NCBI GenBank assembly: GCA_016839815.1
Contig: JAEOTM010000032.1
Location: forward strand, 32,001-96,000
Reading direction: 5' to 3'
Source: Candidatus Hodarchaeota archaeon
Lineage (GTDB): Archaea; Asgardarchaeota; Heimdallarchaeia; Hodarchaeales; Hodarchaeaceae
DNA: 64,000 nucleotides
Made by a program: the position numbers and the translations under genes. Positions 10,104-19,157 of this stretch are shown piece by piece. Position 1 is the first letter of the stretch. The number at the start of each line of letters is the position of its first letter. The notes beneath the pieces are model-generated. The model made no database searches. It had not been told where the DNA came from and worked only from the letters and a program-made list of their open reading frames with translations.

Positions 10104-11838
10104 TGTTTGTTGAAGGAGATAGATGACCGAAGACCTCTTCTGCGATATCTACAGCTCCATCGAACACACTGCGTGCTCCATTCCAAGTCGCTAGGTGTTT
10201 ACCGTACTGAGCACAGAATTGAATTTGGAATTCATGCAATGCCTTTTTTAATTCCATATCATGTTTATTACAGAAAATGACGGTAGAAATTCCTGTATCT
10301 TTATCTTTATCAGTAATAATGAAGTGATTACCATGTCTGACCAGATTCAAGTTACCTTTTTCCCTCATCATTTCAGACATAAAGGAAGAAACAGCAGTAA
10401 GTGCTCCTGAAAGTAGTGTGAGCTCAATATCGGTATCTAGTTTTTGTTGAAATGCATAATCAAATAGTGGTAAGCCACCCTCTTCAATCACCATGAGTAA
10501 CGTGAAGTCTAATGGTTCATAACTATCAGTTGTCCAAAATAGAGGAAATGCAGCGAAAACCGCTAAGATAATCAAAATGTATGTCACGTAATCTAAATTC
10601 TCGAGGAGTGGAACTAAGAACCAATGGCCAACACCATACCCTGCACCAAGTCCTAAAGCTAGCGATATAAATCCTAGTGCAAAATATCGTCCTAAACCAT
10701 CACGAGGAGAAAGATCAGCCCACAAAGAAGAATCTAATGTAGGATGGATTAGTGCAAAAGAAAATCCGATCGTTAATGCTGAAATGAAGAAACTTGCTTC
10801 AGATTTTTCGAGACCTAGTATCATTGCGGAAAAAACAATGCCATATATCGCTAATACGATTAAATTCTTCCGACCAATTTTATCAGCTAGAAATCCAGCT
10901 GGTATAACTAACAGCAAATCACCAACTAATACCAAAACCCAAAAAAGTTGATCTACACTAAATTGCAGTTCCCCAAGGGCGGGAAATTTAAAGGTTTCTG
11001 TTATATCCAACACTGATCCTATTAAAGGGAATATAGCTATAGAGATTCCAAGCATACAGTACAATAAGAAATGAGTACTCAAATATGCTTGGACAGACCG
11101 ACGACCAACAATTTTCGTAAATTTGGTTGGCCATGCATCAGGTACCCAGTATTTCAAATCACGGGAGAGTAAAAAGAATACTAAAGTCAAGATGAGTCCC
11201 AATACCCCAATTCCTGGAATGATTACAACCCAGCTATTACTTAATGGATCAGTTTCAGCAAAATCAGAGGAAATCTCATTTCCAATTATAATACTCACAA
11301 GTACTAAGATAATAAATAGAAAAATTGCAGTAGAATATGTTTTTCCGCGTGAAGCTGAATTAGTTAATCCTGCAAATAGTGTCCCACTGCTTGTAAGGAG
11401 AATAGCAAAGGAAAATGCTAATCCGACCAGTGAAACAGAAAATAAGATAGCTGAATTAATAAAAACAATGAATAACGTTGAGGTTATTGATGCACCTAAC
11501 ATACCAATCATAATCCCCTTCTTCAGAAATTCAGGATGTGAATCAAGATAATGTCCTGTGAAATAAAGGACTAGAATCACGAGAAGAAGAAGAACGCCTA
11601 ATATTACTATTCCCAAACCCATAAAAGGATTATCATCAGATTGTTCGACATAATCTAATATTTCGAAAGAATAAATCAATAATAGAGTAGCTGCTAAGCA
11701 CCATGTGAATGTACTGGGTATTATAATGAGGAAAAATCGTTTTACATCCATTTTAACATATCCTGTAGAATTATACTTAGTTAGGGTGTGGATCTCAAGC
11801 TTTGGTAAGGATTTCAAAGCTCTAGCAATAATTATCAA
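10093..11838 (-). CDS. MFS transporter fused to a C-terminal longin-like domain (probable start ATG 11751)
   Basis: About 12 TM helices with MFS motif A (GFLADKIGRK). The soluble ~135-aa C-terminus has the Asgard longin-like pattern GGLPLFDY...LLSGALTAVSSFMSEM...F..QY...L..WNG...F. Confidence 0.8.
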   Translation of the reverse strand: MIIIARALKSLPKLEIHTLTKYNSTGYVKMDVKRFFLIIIPSTFTWCLAATLLLIYSFEILDYVEQSDDNPFMGLGIVILGVLLLLVILVLYFTGHYLDSHPEFLKKGIMIGMLGASITSTLFIVFINSAILFSVSLVGLAFSFAILLTSSGTLFAGLTNSASRGKTYSTAIFLFIILVLVSIIIGNEISSDFAETDPLSNSWVVIIPGIGVLGLILTLVFFLLSRDLKYWVPDAWPTKFTKIVGRRSVQAYLSTHFLLYCMLGISIAIFPLIGSVLDITETFKFPALGELQFSVDQLFWVLVLVGDLLLVIPAGFLADKIGRKNLIVLAIYGIVFSAMILGLEKSEASFFISALTIGFSFALIHPTLDSSLWADLSPRDGLGRYFALGFISLALGLGAGYGVGHWFLVPLLENLDYVTYILIILAVFAAFPLFWTTDSYEPLDFTLLMVIEEGGLPLFDYAFQQKLDTDIELTLLSGALTAVSSFMSEMMREKGNLNLVRHGNHFIITDKDKDTGISTVIFCNKHDMELKKALHEFQIQFCAQYGKHLATWNGARSVFDGAVDIAEEVFGHLSPSTNIEI

Positions 11839-11934
11839 AATAGGGTAAAGAGATTAAATCCTTTATTCAGCTTTCTCACATTATACTAACACCTTAAATA
11901 AACCTCATCGAAGCATATTAGGACAAGAATCTTT

Positions 11935-13035
11935 TTGGAAAAAGGATTTTTACTCAAGATAATTACAGGGATGCCGAATCAATTGACAATAAATAACTAT
12001 TTCACTCTACTCTCCGAACTTGTGAATATTCCAGGACCTGTTGGACGAGAGGAGAAAGTTCAACAGTTTTTAGCCAATAAATGGAAAGCTTCTGGTCTTG
12101 ATGTTGAATTAGATAGAATTGGAAATTTATATGGACGTCTGAATGGAGAAGGTCCGCATTGGGCAATTGTATCTCATGCTGACACAATTGGTTTTCTTGT
12201 GCAACAGATACTTTCTAATGGTTTCTTGAAAGTGGCATTTAATACTGCTGCAACTACACCCGATGCCCGTTTCCTCGCAGGATCCAAGATTCGATTCCTA
12301 ACCAATGAATCTCAAGATATATTCGGTTATTTTGGATTGAGAAGTGGTCATCTTGCAGGAATTGAGGGGAAGAAAAAACCAATATTATTTGATGAAATGT
12401 TTATTGATCTTGGAACAAACTCAATTGAAGAAGTGAAGAAATTAGGAATTGATATCGGGACCCCTGCTGTTTTTAACTCTCCTATATATCAAATTCAAAA
12501 CAATATTGTAGGCCCTTCAATGGATAACCGAATTGGAGGTACTATTCAGACTATTCTTGTCGCCAATTTGATGGAAAAAGGACTCCGCCCAAATTTGACT
12601 TTGATTTCAACTGTTCAAGAGGAGATTGGAATGAAAGGAGCTGCAGCAGCTGCAAAAAATGGAGAATATGATGGAGTGGTAAACCTAGATGTAGGATTAA
12701 CAGGAGATATCCCGCCTTCCAAGCAAGACTACGTACCAACTAAACTCGGACATGGACCTATTCTTGTTGTAAAAGACTTTTCAATCCATTATTCTCATTC
12801 ATTATTAACATCACTTGCTGAGGTTGCTTTACATGAGAAAATTCCATTCCAGAAAGCAGTGTTCAAAAATTATAACACTGATGGAATGCATTTCTTTATG
12901 AATGGATTCCCTACAATTACTGTTTCCATACCATGTAGATATACTCATACAAACTTCGAAACGATTAATCTTTCTGACGTTCAAAATACGTTAACTTTAC
13001 TAGAATCATTACTTTCATTATCAGTAAATGTGTAA
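11935..13035 (+). CDS. M42 family aminopeptidase (TET-like)
   Basis: Metal-ligand motifs HADTIG, MDNR, QEEIG, LDVG and RYTHT. Confidence 0.9.
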   Translation: MEKGFLLKIITGMPNQLTINNYFTLLSELVNIPGPVGREEKVQQFLANKWKASGLDVELDRIGNLYGRLNGEGPHWAIVSHADTIGFLVQQILSNGFLKVAFNTAATTPDARFLAGSKIRFLTNESQDIFGYFGLRSGHLAGIEGKKKPILFDEMFIDLGTNSIEEVKKLGIDIGTPAVFNSPIYQIQNNIVGPSMDNRIGGTIQTILVANLMEKGLRPNLTLISTVQEEIGMKGAAAAAKNGEYDGVVNLDVGLTGDIPPSKQDYVPTKLGHGPILVVKDFSIHYSHSLLTSLAEVALHEKIPFQKAVFKNYNTDGMHFFMNGFPTITVSIPCRYTHTNFETINLSDVQNTLTLLESLLSLSVNV

Positions 13036-14761
13036 ACAAGAATCGTGTGTGTCCACTGTGAATCAAAAAAACGTAATCCTTGTCAAACTGGGAGGAAGTC
13101 TAATAACCTATAAACAGGATGAGAATCGAATTAAAGAGTACATATTAGCTATTGAACAATTTCGCTGCGGTACGGCTTCATTAGAAGAATTAACTTCAAC
13201 AATATCCAACCTTCTAAATACAAGTACACTTAAAGAAATATTTAGAACCCTCAACATCTATATACAGAGTAATCCCTCCTCGAAAGTTATCGTTATACAT
13301 GGAGCTGGATCAATAGGCCATTCTCTTGTTTTACATCTCTTAAAGACTGAAACTGACCTAGAATTTGTCTATCCTCTAATCAAACTTGCTGTCTCCATTC
13401 AGAACCACTTAATTACTGGAATCGGTATACAACTAGGTCTAAATGCTATTTCACTCTCATCTCATCAGCTTATGCTTGGATATCCTACTGATAAAACATC
13501 TTCTCCTCGTATCGATGCAACTGATTTATCAACTTTGGAAACACTGATTCTGAACACTGACTCTGTTCCTATTTTCTTCGGGGATGTTGGACTTACCCAA
13601 AAATCACATGTGGATTTACCTGGTGAATGGAAAGTCTTTTCGGGTGATTTAATACCAACTGCACTTGTTCGGAGTTTTAAAACCTTACAAATTGATAAAG
13701 CAATCTTTCTAACTCAAGTACCAGGAAAAATGACTGGAATTTATTCAAAAGATCCTGATCTAGCTGATGCACAATTTATTAGACGCATCGAAGTTGGATC
13801 AAAAGCCAATCGGTATTATAATGTAGAGAATTCACAAATTCATTTTCACAAAGATGCTACTCAGTCAAAATATGATGTAACTGATGCAATGGAAGGAAAA
13901 TTAAGGAATTTGATTGATTTAGCGCATCAGAATGTTACTAGCTGGGTAATTGGATTTGAGGAGTTTGATAAAGCCCTACGGGGAGAACTCGTCGGAACAA
14001 GAGTTCTTCCAGAAAAAGATCTCAATATCAAGGCTGTTTTTCTAGGTAGAGGAGATGCATTTAGTTCAGGTGGATTTAAAAGTGCCTCTATTTTACTAGA
14101 ATTTCAAAATAAAACTATTTTGTTAGATTGTGGTCCTCATACACTGCAAGCTTTGAAAGCTTCTGGAAGAAAATCAACAGAAATTGATTGGATATTAATT
14201 TCGCACTTCCACGGAGACCATTTTGGAGGTATTCCATATTTTCTCTTAGAATCAACATTTCAACACCAGAGAAACAAGCCATTGACGATTATTGGCCCTC
14301 CAGGAATCGAAAAGGTTGTGAACGACCTTTTTACATCATTGTATAAGCGTGAATCATCAAAAACACGCCCATTTCCCATTAAATATAGGGAAATTACACC
14401 TGCTAAACCTTATGACGAAAATGAAATTATAATAACAGCGTATCAAATGAATCATACTCCCGAGGCACAAGGTTATAGAATAAAAAGTAATTCGAGTTTT
14501 ATTGCTTATACCGGGGATACTGGATGGACTGAAAACTTGATTCCTCTAATTTCTGATGCACAACTCGCAATTCTTGAGTGTAATTTCTACCAGAGTCAAT
14601 TTGAAACCCATTTGAATTGGCAGGAAATTCTGAATGTGTATCATCTTGCTGAAAAAACTGCAATAATACACCTTGGTGCAGAGATGGTTGCAGAAATTGA
14701 TAACCTAGTTGGTAAAAAGAATCTTTATATTCCCTTAGAAGGTCAAACTATCAGAATCTAG
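13028..14761 (+). CDS. Fusion of an isopentenyl phosphate kinase-like (amino-acid-kinase fold) domain and an RNase Z-like metallo-beta-lactamase
   Basis: N-terminal half: VKLGGSLIT, HGAGSIGH, GDV, SGD, GIYSKDP, DVTDAMEGK. C-terminal half: GDAF, DCGP, SHFHGDH, YTGDT. Confidence 0.8.
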   Translation: MCKQESCVSTVNQKNVILVKLGGSLITYKQDENRIKEYILAIEQFRCGTASLEELTSTISNLLNTSTLKEIFRTLNIYIQSNPSSKVIVIHGAGSIGHSLVLHLLKTETDLEFVYPLIKLAVSIQNHLITGIGIQLGLNAISLSSHQLMLGYPTDKTSSPRIDATDLSTLETLILNTDSVPIFFGDVGLTQKSHVDLPGEWKVFSGDLIPTALVRSFKTLQIDKAIFLTQVPGKMTGIYSKDPDLADAQFIRRIEVGSKANRYYNVENSQIHFHKDATQSKYDVTDAMEGKLRNLIDLAHQNVTSWVIGFEEFDKALRGELVGTRVLPEKDLNIKAVFLGRGDAFSSGGFKSASILLEFQNKTILLDCGPHTLQALKASGRKSTEIDWILISHFHGDHFGGIPYFLLESTFQHQRNKPLTIIGPPGIEKVVNDLFTSLYKRESSKTRPFPIKYREITPAKPYDENEIIITAYQMNHTPEAQGYRIKSNSSFIAYTGDTGWTENLIPLISDAQLAILECNFYQSQFETHLNWQEILNVYHLAEKTAIIHLGAEMVAEIDNLVGKKNLYIPLEGQTIRI

Positions 14762-14775
14762 AGCGTTACCTATTG

Positions 14776-15015
14776 TTACTTGAGAGTTTCCAAACGCCAA
14801 ACGATATTTTTCCTTTTACCAATTCCCATCGACTCAACACGATAAGAGATTTTTCCTTCCATTCTCATTTGTGTTAGAACCATAGGAATTCGATCCGCGC
14901 AGTCTTGATTGAACATACTAACACGATCAACTATTTCTTTTGTACTTGCTTCATGGAGTTCTCGTAAAACAACTTCTATCCATTTTTCTGTCCCAGAAGT
15001 ATCCGAGTTGTCCAT
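14776..15015 (-). CDS. Small winged-helix-like protein
   Basis: 79 aa with a helix-helix-helix-hairpin pattern (ASTKEIV...LTQMRMEGKI...VWRL); GGAG RBS upstream. Confidence 0.55.
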   Translation of the reverse strand: MDNSDTSGTEKWIEVVLRELHEASTKEIVDRVSMFNQDCADRIPMVLTQMRMEGKISYRVESMGIGKRKNIVWRLETLK

Positions 15016-15306
15016 TCTATATAAGTCTCCACTTTCTCCTTATTCAAAAGTAAATATGTTTCTAATCAGTGGTGTTATTCTTACCAGTCAGTAACTCGAA
15101 ATTGTCTTTATTTCAGTTACCTTTAATTTGAAATAATTTATCAGATTGATTGTATATTATCACACTAACCATGATATTATCATAGTAAGTATTACATTAG
15201 AAAATAATGAAGAGGGGAAAAAGTAGCTTAATACCGCTTTAGCTCCGTACAAACAAATCAAAATGCATCTAAATCAGTAAAAGGATTATTATCAGGAAGG
15301 AAAGTT

Positions 15307-15867
15307 ATGACAAGCAAAGAAATCAAGCATGTATTAAAAATACTGCTCCTTGGGGATGGAGCCGTCGGAAAAACTTCATTAATTCTAAGATTCATTGAAA
15401 ATAAGTTTAAAGATGAATATTCTGTAAGTTTGGGAGTGGATTTTCTCACCAAAACCATTAATTTCATTGATGAAGATGATATTAAGCGAGTGGTATCCTT
15501 ACAAGTGTGGGATATAGCAGGTCAAGCGAGACATGTGTCTTACTCACACCTCTACCTCAAAGGTGCATTAGGAGCGTTTTATGTATTTGATTTAACCAGA
15601 AAAGACACTTTGGCGCAGATTCAGAATCGCTGGCAACTCCAAGCTCTCAAGGCATCACCTAATCACATTGGTATTCTTATTGGAAATAAAGCGGATTTAA
15701 CTAAAGAGAGAGCGGTTCCTGAATCGCAATTGAAGCAGATTATTGATAGTATGCATGTTCTTGAATTTATAGAAACGTCTGCAAAGACAGGTAGAAATGT
15801 TAACAAGGCTTTTCAAAAATTAACCACAGAAATCCTGCGTGTGAAACCAAAAAAATTCCTGAAGTGA
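15307..15867 (+). CDS. Rab-like small GTPase
   Basis: G1 GDGAVGKT, G2 region SLGVDF, G3 WDIAGQ, G4 NKAD, G5 ETSAK; no C-terminal prenylation Cys. Confidence 0.95.
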   Translation: MTSKEIKHVLKILLLGDGAVGKTSLILRFIENKFKDEYSVSLGVDFLTKTINFIDEDDIKRVVSLQVWDIAGQARHVSYSHLYLKGALGAFYVFDLTRKDTLAQIQNRWQLQALKASPNHIGILIGNKADLTKERAVPESQLKQIIDSMHVLEFIETSAKTGRNVNKAFQKLTTEILRVKPKKFLK

Positions 15868-15871
15868 GCTC

Positions 15872-16642
15872 ATGTCCCCTTTAACCGAATTTAAAGCCGT
15901 GAAAGCATTTTTCATCTTTGAAAAAGATCAAGGCACTACATTATTCACCCGATCCTATGAACGGAGTTCAACTGCACCCGATGCTCATCTTGTTGTCGCA
16001 TTCTTAACAGCTATGTTTTCTTTTGCAAAAACAACATCACTTAGTGACTTAAGAGTTGTGGATATGACCGATATTCGATTCTCATTTATTGAAAAAAATA
16101 GATTAATCTTCGCAGTTCTAGTCTCCCCTCTTGTTTCACCTCTAGATATTCAGTTCAAGCTATCCACTATAGCGAGCTTGTTTTTCTCGGATTATGGAAA
16201 TGAGCTAGATTCAATTGATATTGTTGACACAGAAATGTTTGATGATTTCAATGACTCAGTTGATGAGATTTTTGGTGGAGAGACACGCCAAATGCTTAAA
16301 TCATCGAAAAATGCAGCTCTATTCTACTTGAAGAAATTAGTATCCAAAGAAGAGACAGGAGCTCGAGGTGCGATGATTTTATCTTTTACAGGTGATATTC
16401 TCCTTGAATATAAAATGGATCAGCCCCGAATGGCTGCTGCTATTCGTATTTTGAACGTAGGAACCTATATGACCAATCTTCGATACTTAGTTGTTGCTTC
16501 TGAGTCAACTCACCTTGTTGCATATAAAATCAGTGAGGGATTACTACTTGCAGTTGATGGCCACCCATCATACGGTCTTGAGGATCTAGTAGTGAATGTT
16601 TCCGAAACGGTGAAGCAAATAAAGGAAATTATTCCCCATTAA
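15872..16642 (+). CDS. Longin-like plus roadblock-like two-domain protein
   Basis: N-terminal GTTLFTRSY...LVVAFLTAMFSFA...F...Y..E (longin-like); C-terminal GAMILSFTGDIL...AAAI...beta-strands-helix (roadblock-like). Starts 4 bp after the GTPase. Confidence 0.7.
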   Translation: MSPLTEFKAVKAFFIFEKDQGTTLFTRSYERSSTAPDAHLVVAFLTAMFSFAKTTSLSDLRVVDMTDIRFSFIEKNRLIFAVLVSPLVSPLDIQFKLSTIASLFFSDYGNELDSIDIVDTEMFDDFNDSVDEIFGGETRQMLKSSKNAALFYLKKLVSKEETGARGAMILSFTGDILLEYKMDQPRMAAAIRILNVGTYMTNLRYLVVASESTHLVAYKISEGLLLAVDGHPSYGLEDLVVNVSETVKQIKEIIPH

Positions 16643-17540
16643 CTGGTTTACGGTCAGTTTTAAAATGTTCTCATGTGGAAAGCTTTTTTATCTGGAAAGA
16701 TCCAACAAAAGCAATTTATTTCGACTTCATAGATTTATTGTTTAATTAAGGAGGAAATTTAATGAAGAAAAAATTGCTTAACTTTTTACTGGTTTTTCTT
16801 GTCTTATTGACATTCAGCAACATGGAAATTGTTGCTGCACCTGAAACAACTATGGTTGCAACAACAGTCATAGATGAACCGATCCCAGGGATGGATCCCA
16901 ATCTTGAATGGAAAGTGTCTGTAGGTGATGTGAAGACCTTTACCTACACAAAAACCTATGATCTATACGATTTCGACGAGGACGGGAATCCAAATACTCA
17001 GAGAATGTACGTTGAAACAGAAAATGGAACTGAAATAGAAATAACAATTAAAGCTGGTTCAACACTCTCCTGTGAAATATTAGCTTTGGATGACTACGCA
17101 ACCATTCAGATCACAATTAATGGAGTAAAACTAGATCCCTCGGAAGGTGGAGGGGGTGGCATAGTGATGAAAACCACTGATAATAAAACTTATTGGGAGA
17201 CATATGCTAGTCAGGCATCGAATGAATACCAAAATGTTTCGGTAGAAGGTAATTTTGTGGTTTATAGTTCAGTTGAAGAATGGTCTGACGGAACTTACGA
17301 ATACAGATCTAAATTCAACTGGAGAACTGGGTGGCTTGAATCTATATATAACAAAGAAACAAATAGCACACATCTACTTAGAGAAATGGAAATATCCTCG
17401 GGAGGATATCCTGGCCTAACTCCAGGTTTTGAAATTTCCCCCCTGTATGCCTTTCTAATTATATTACCTGCCTATTCCTTAAGAAAACGAAAAAGGAAAT
17501 AATCTCTCCATAATATGAAAAAGTAAACAAAATTCTCAAC
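16568..17540 (+). repeat. Tandem duplication unit 1 (3' end of longin-roadblock gene, spacer, surface-protein gene, 3' flank)
   Basis: Begins TCATACGGTCTTGAGGATCT and ends TAATATGAAAAAGTAAACAAAATTCTCAA; homologous to 17543-18486. Confidence 0.9.
16762..17502 (+). CDS. Secreted surface protein with PGF-CTERM-like sorting signal (paralog 1)
   Basis: Signal peptide, DFDEDGNP acidic loop, C-terminal TPGF + hydrophobic stretch + RKRKRK; AGGAGG RBS. Confidence 0.8.
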   Translation: MKKKLLNFLLVFLVLLTFSNMEIVAAPETTMVATTVIDEPIPGMDPNLEWKVSVGDVKTFTYTKTYDLYDFDEDGNPNTQRMYVETENGTEIEITIKAGSTLSCEILALDDYATIQITINGVKLDPSEGGGGGIVMKTTDNKTYWETYASQASNEYQNVSVEGNFVVYSSVEEWSDGTYEYRSKFNWRTGWLESIYNKETNSTHLLREMEISSGGYPGLTPGFEISPLYAFLIILPAYSLRKRKRK

Positions 17541-17542
17541 CT

Positions 17543-17617
17543 TCATACGGTCTTGAGGATCTTGTAGAAAATGCTTCCGAAACAACGAAGCAAATAAAGG
17601 AAATCATACCCCATTAA
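17543..17617 (+). pseudogene. Orphaned copy of the last 24 codons plus stop of the longin-roadblock gene
   Basis: Encodes SYGLEDLVENASETTKQIKEIIPH* versus SYGLEDLVVNVSETVKQIKEIIPH* at 16568-16642; 66/75 nt identical by hand count. Confidence 0.85.
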
Positions 17618-17735
17618 TTAGTATGCATTCAATTTTGATGAGTTCACCTGTGGAAAGTTTTTTTTAGCTAAGAAGTCCTATCGAAACCGATTCATTTGCC
17701 TTCGTAATTTAATTAGTTATGTAGGAGGATTTGTA

Positions 17736-18473
17736 ATGAAAAAGACAATTATTTACACCTCATTATTTATTTTAGTCTTATTGAAATTAAGTACCATTAA
17801 TCTTGCAGTTGCATCGGTAGAAATAACTGATCAGTCTATTTTTGAGCCAAATCTGGAATGGAAAGTATCCGTAGGTGATGTAAAACAATTTACATACAGA
17901 AAAGTCTATGACTTGTATGACAGTGACGAAGATGGGAATCCAAATACCCAGAGGATGTATGCTGAGCTTGAAAACGGAACTGAAACTGAAATCACCATAA
18001 CTTCTGGATCAACCCTATCTTGTGAAATCTTAGCATTGGATGAGTATGCAACAATACAGATCACAATCAACGGAATTGAGTTGGATCCCCAAGAAGGAGG
18101 TGGGGGTGTACTGATGAAAACTACTGATAATAAAACCTACTGGGAGGAAATTGCTAGCCAAATCTCTGATGAACACCAAAATGTTTCTGTAGAAGGAAAT
18201 CTATTGGTTCACCGATCAAAAGACAGTTGGTCTGACAAGACTTTTGTAGGGATTACGAAAACGAATTGGAAAACTGGTTGGCTTGAATATGTGTACAGTA
18301 AGGAAACAAATAGCACACATATTCTTAGAGAAATGGAAATAACCACAGGAGGAACCCCAGGACTTATTCCAGGATTCGAAATTGCACCCCTCTATGTTCC
18401 ATTAATAGTATTGGCTACTTTATTTTTGAGAAAACGGAATAGGAAAGACTTCACATGTAATATGAAAAAGTAA
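17736..18473 (+). CDS. Secreted surface protein with PGF-CTERM-like sorting signal (paralog 2)
   Basis: Paralog of 16762-17502 (PNLEWKVSVGDVK, DEDGNPNTQRMY, MKTTDNKTYWE shared); IPGF + TM + RKRNRK. Confidence 0.8.
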   Translation: MKKTIIYTSLFILVLLKLSTINLAVASVEITDQSIFEPNLEWKVSVGDVKQFTYRKVYDLYDSDEDGNPNTQRMYAELENGTETEITITSGSTLSCEILALDEYATIQITINGIELDPQEGGGGVLMKTTDNKTYWEEIASQISDEHQNVSVEGNLLVHRSKDSWSDKTFVGITKTNWKTGWLEYVYSKETNSTHILREMEITTGGTPGLIPGFEIAPLYVPLIVLATLFLRKRNRKDFTCNMKK

Positions 18474-18573
18474 ACAAAACCCTCAAGAAATCGGATCAAT
18501 AGTCATTTATTTGAAGTAAACTCAGAGTTCTTAGTTAAATATTAAGATTAATTTATTTAATGAGTGTATTCAG

Positions 18574-19050
18574 ATGTCAAACGCGTCATTTTTTCTACAA
18601 CCTCCATTTAGCGAATTTCCCTTCAAAACTTTCCCCCAAGTAATAGACAAATTAGAATATCTTGGTCGAGATGAGGAGCAGACACCTTATGAAATTTCTC
18701 CAGGTACTGACCTTTGTATCAGTGATACTTATTATTCCTTGGGCTTTTTAACTTATTTACATTCCTATGGGAAAGTAGTCTCCAAAAATGGGGAATGGTT
18801 TCTAGGTCCCAAGGGAAATCCTGACTCTGATAAACCGTATAGGTTCGCTCTCATATCTGATGCCGCGCTAATTCTTGAACAACTATTTGAAGGTTCCAAA
18901 AATGTACAAGAACTTGATAAAAAGTTATCTGATCTTTCTTCTGAAGAAATAACCACCTATCTTAGCATTCTTTCCTTAATTACTCAGAAAGGGAAAGTGA
19001 CTCAAGAGGCAAAGGGATGGGATGCATCTTATGTGCTTAAAGATTGGTAG
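18574..19050 (+). CDS. Hypothetical protein, probably tandem winged-helix
   Basis: Two segments ending in L..L...GKV plus a hairpin. Confidence 0.55.
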   Translation: MSNASFFLQPPFSEFPFKTFPQVIDKLEYLGRDEEQTPYEISPGTDLCISDTYYSLGFLTYLHSYGKVVSKNGEWFLGPKGNPDSDKPYRFALISDAALILEQLFEGSKNVQELDKKLSDLSSEEITTYLSILSLITQKGKVTQEAKGWDASYVLKDW

Positions 19051-19157
19051 GTTTTCCTAGCAATATTTACAAGAAACATAATTTAGCTGTTTCTACGAAT
19101 ACCTACTCCTTCTACTTGGAACAAATTCATGTCCGATAGTCGAAATGAGGCGTTAGC

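Larger units (their letters stand above)
17543..18486 (+). repeat. Tandem duplication unit 2
   Basis: Begins TCATACGGTCTTGAGGATCT and ends TAATATGAAAAAGTAAACAAAACCCTCAA. Confidence 0.9.
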
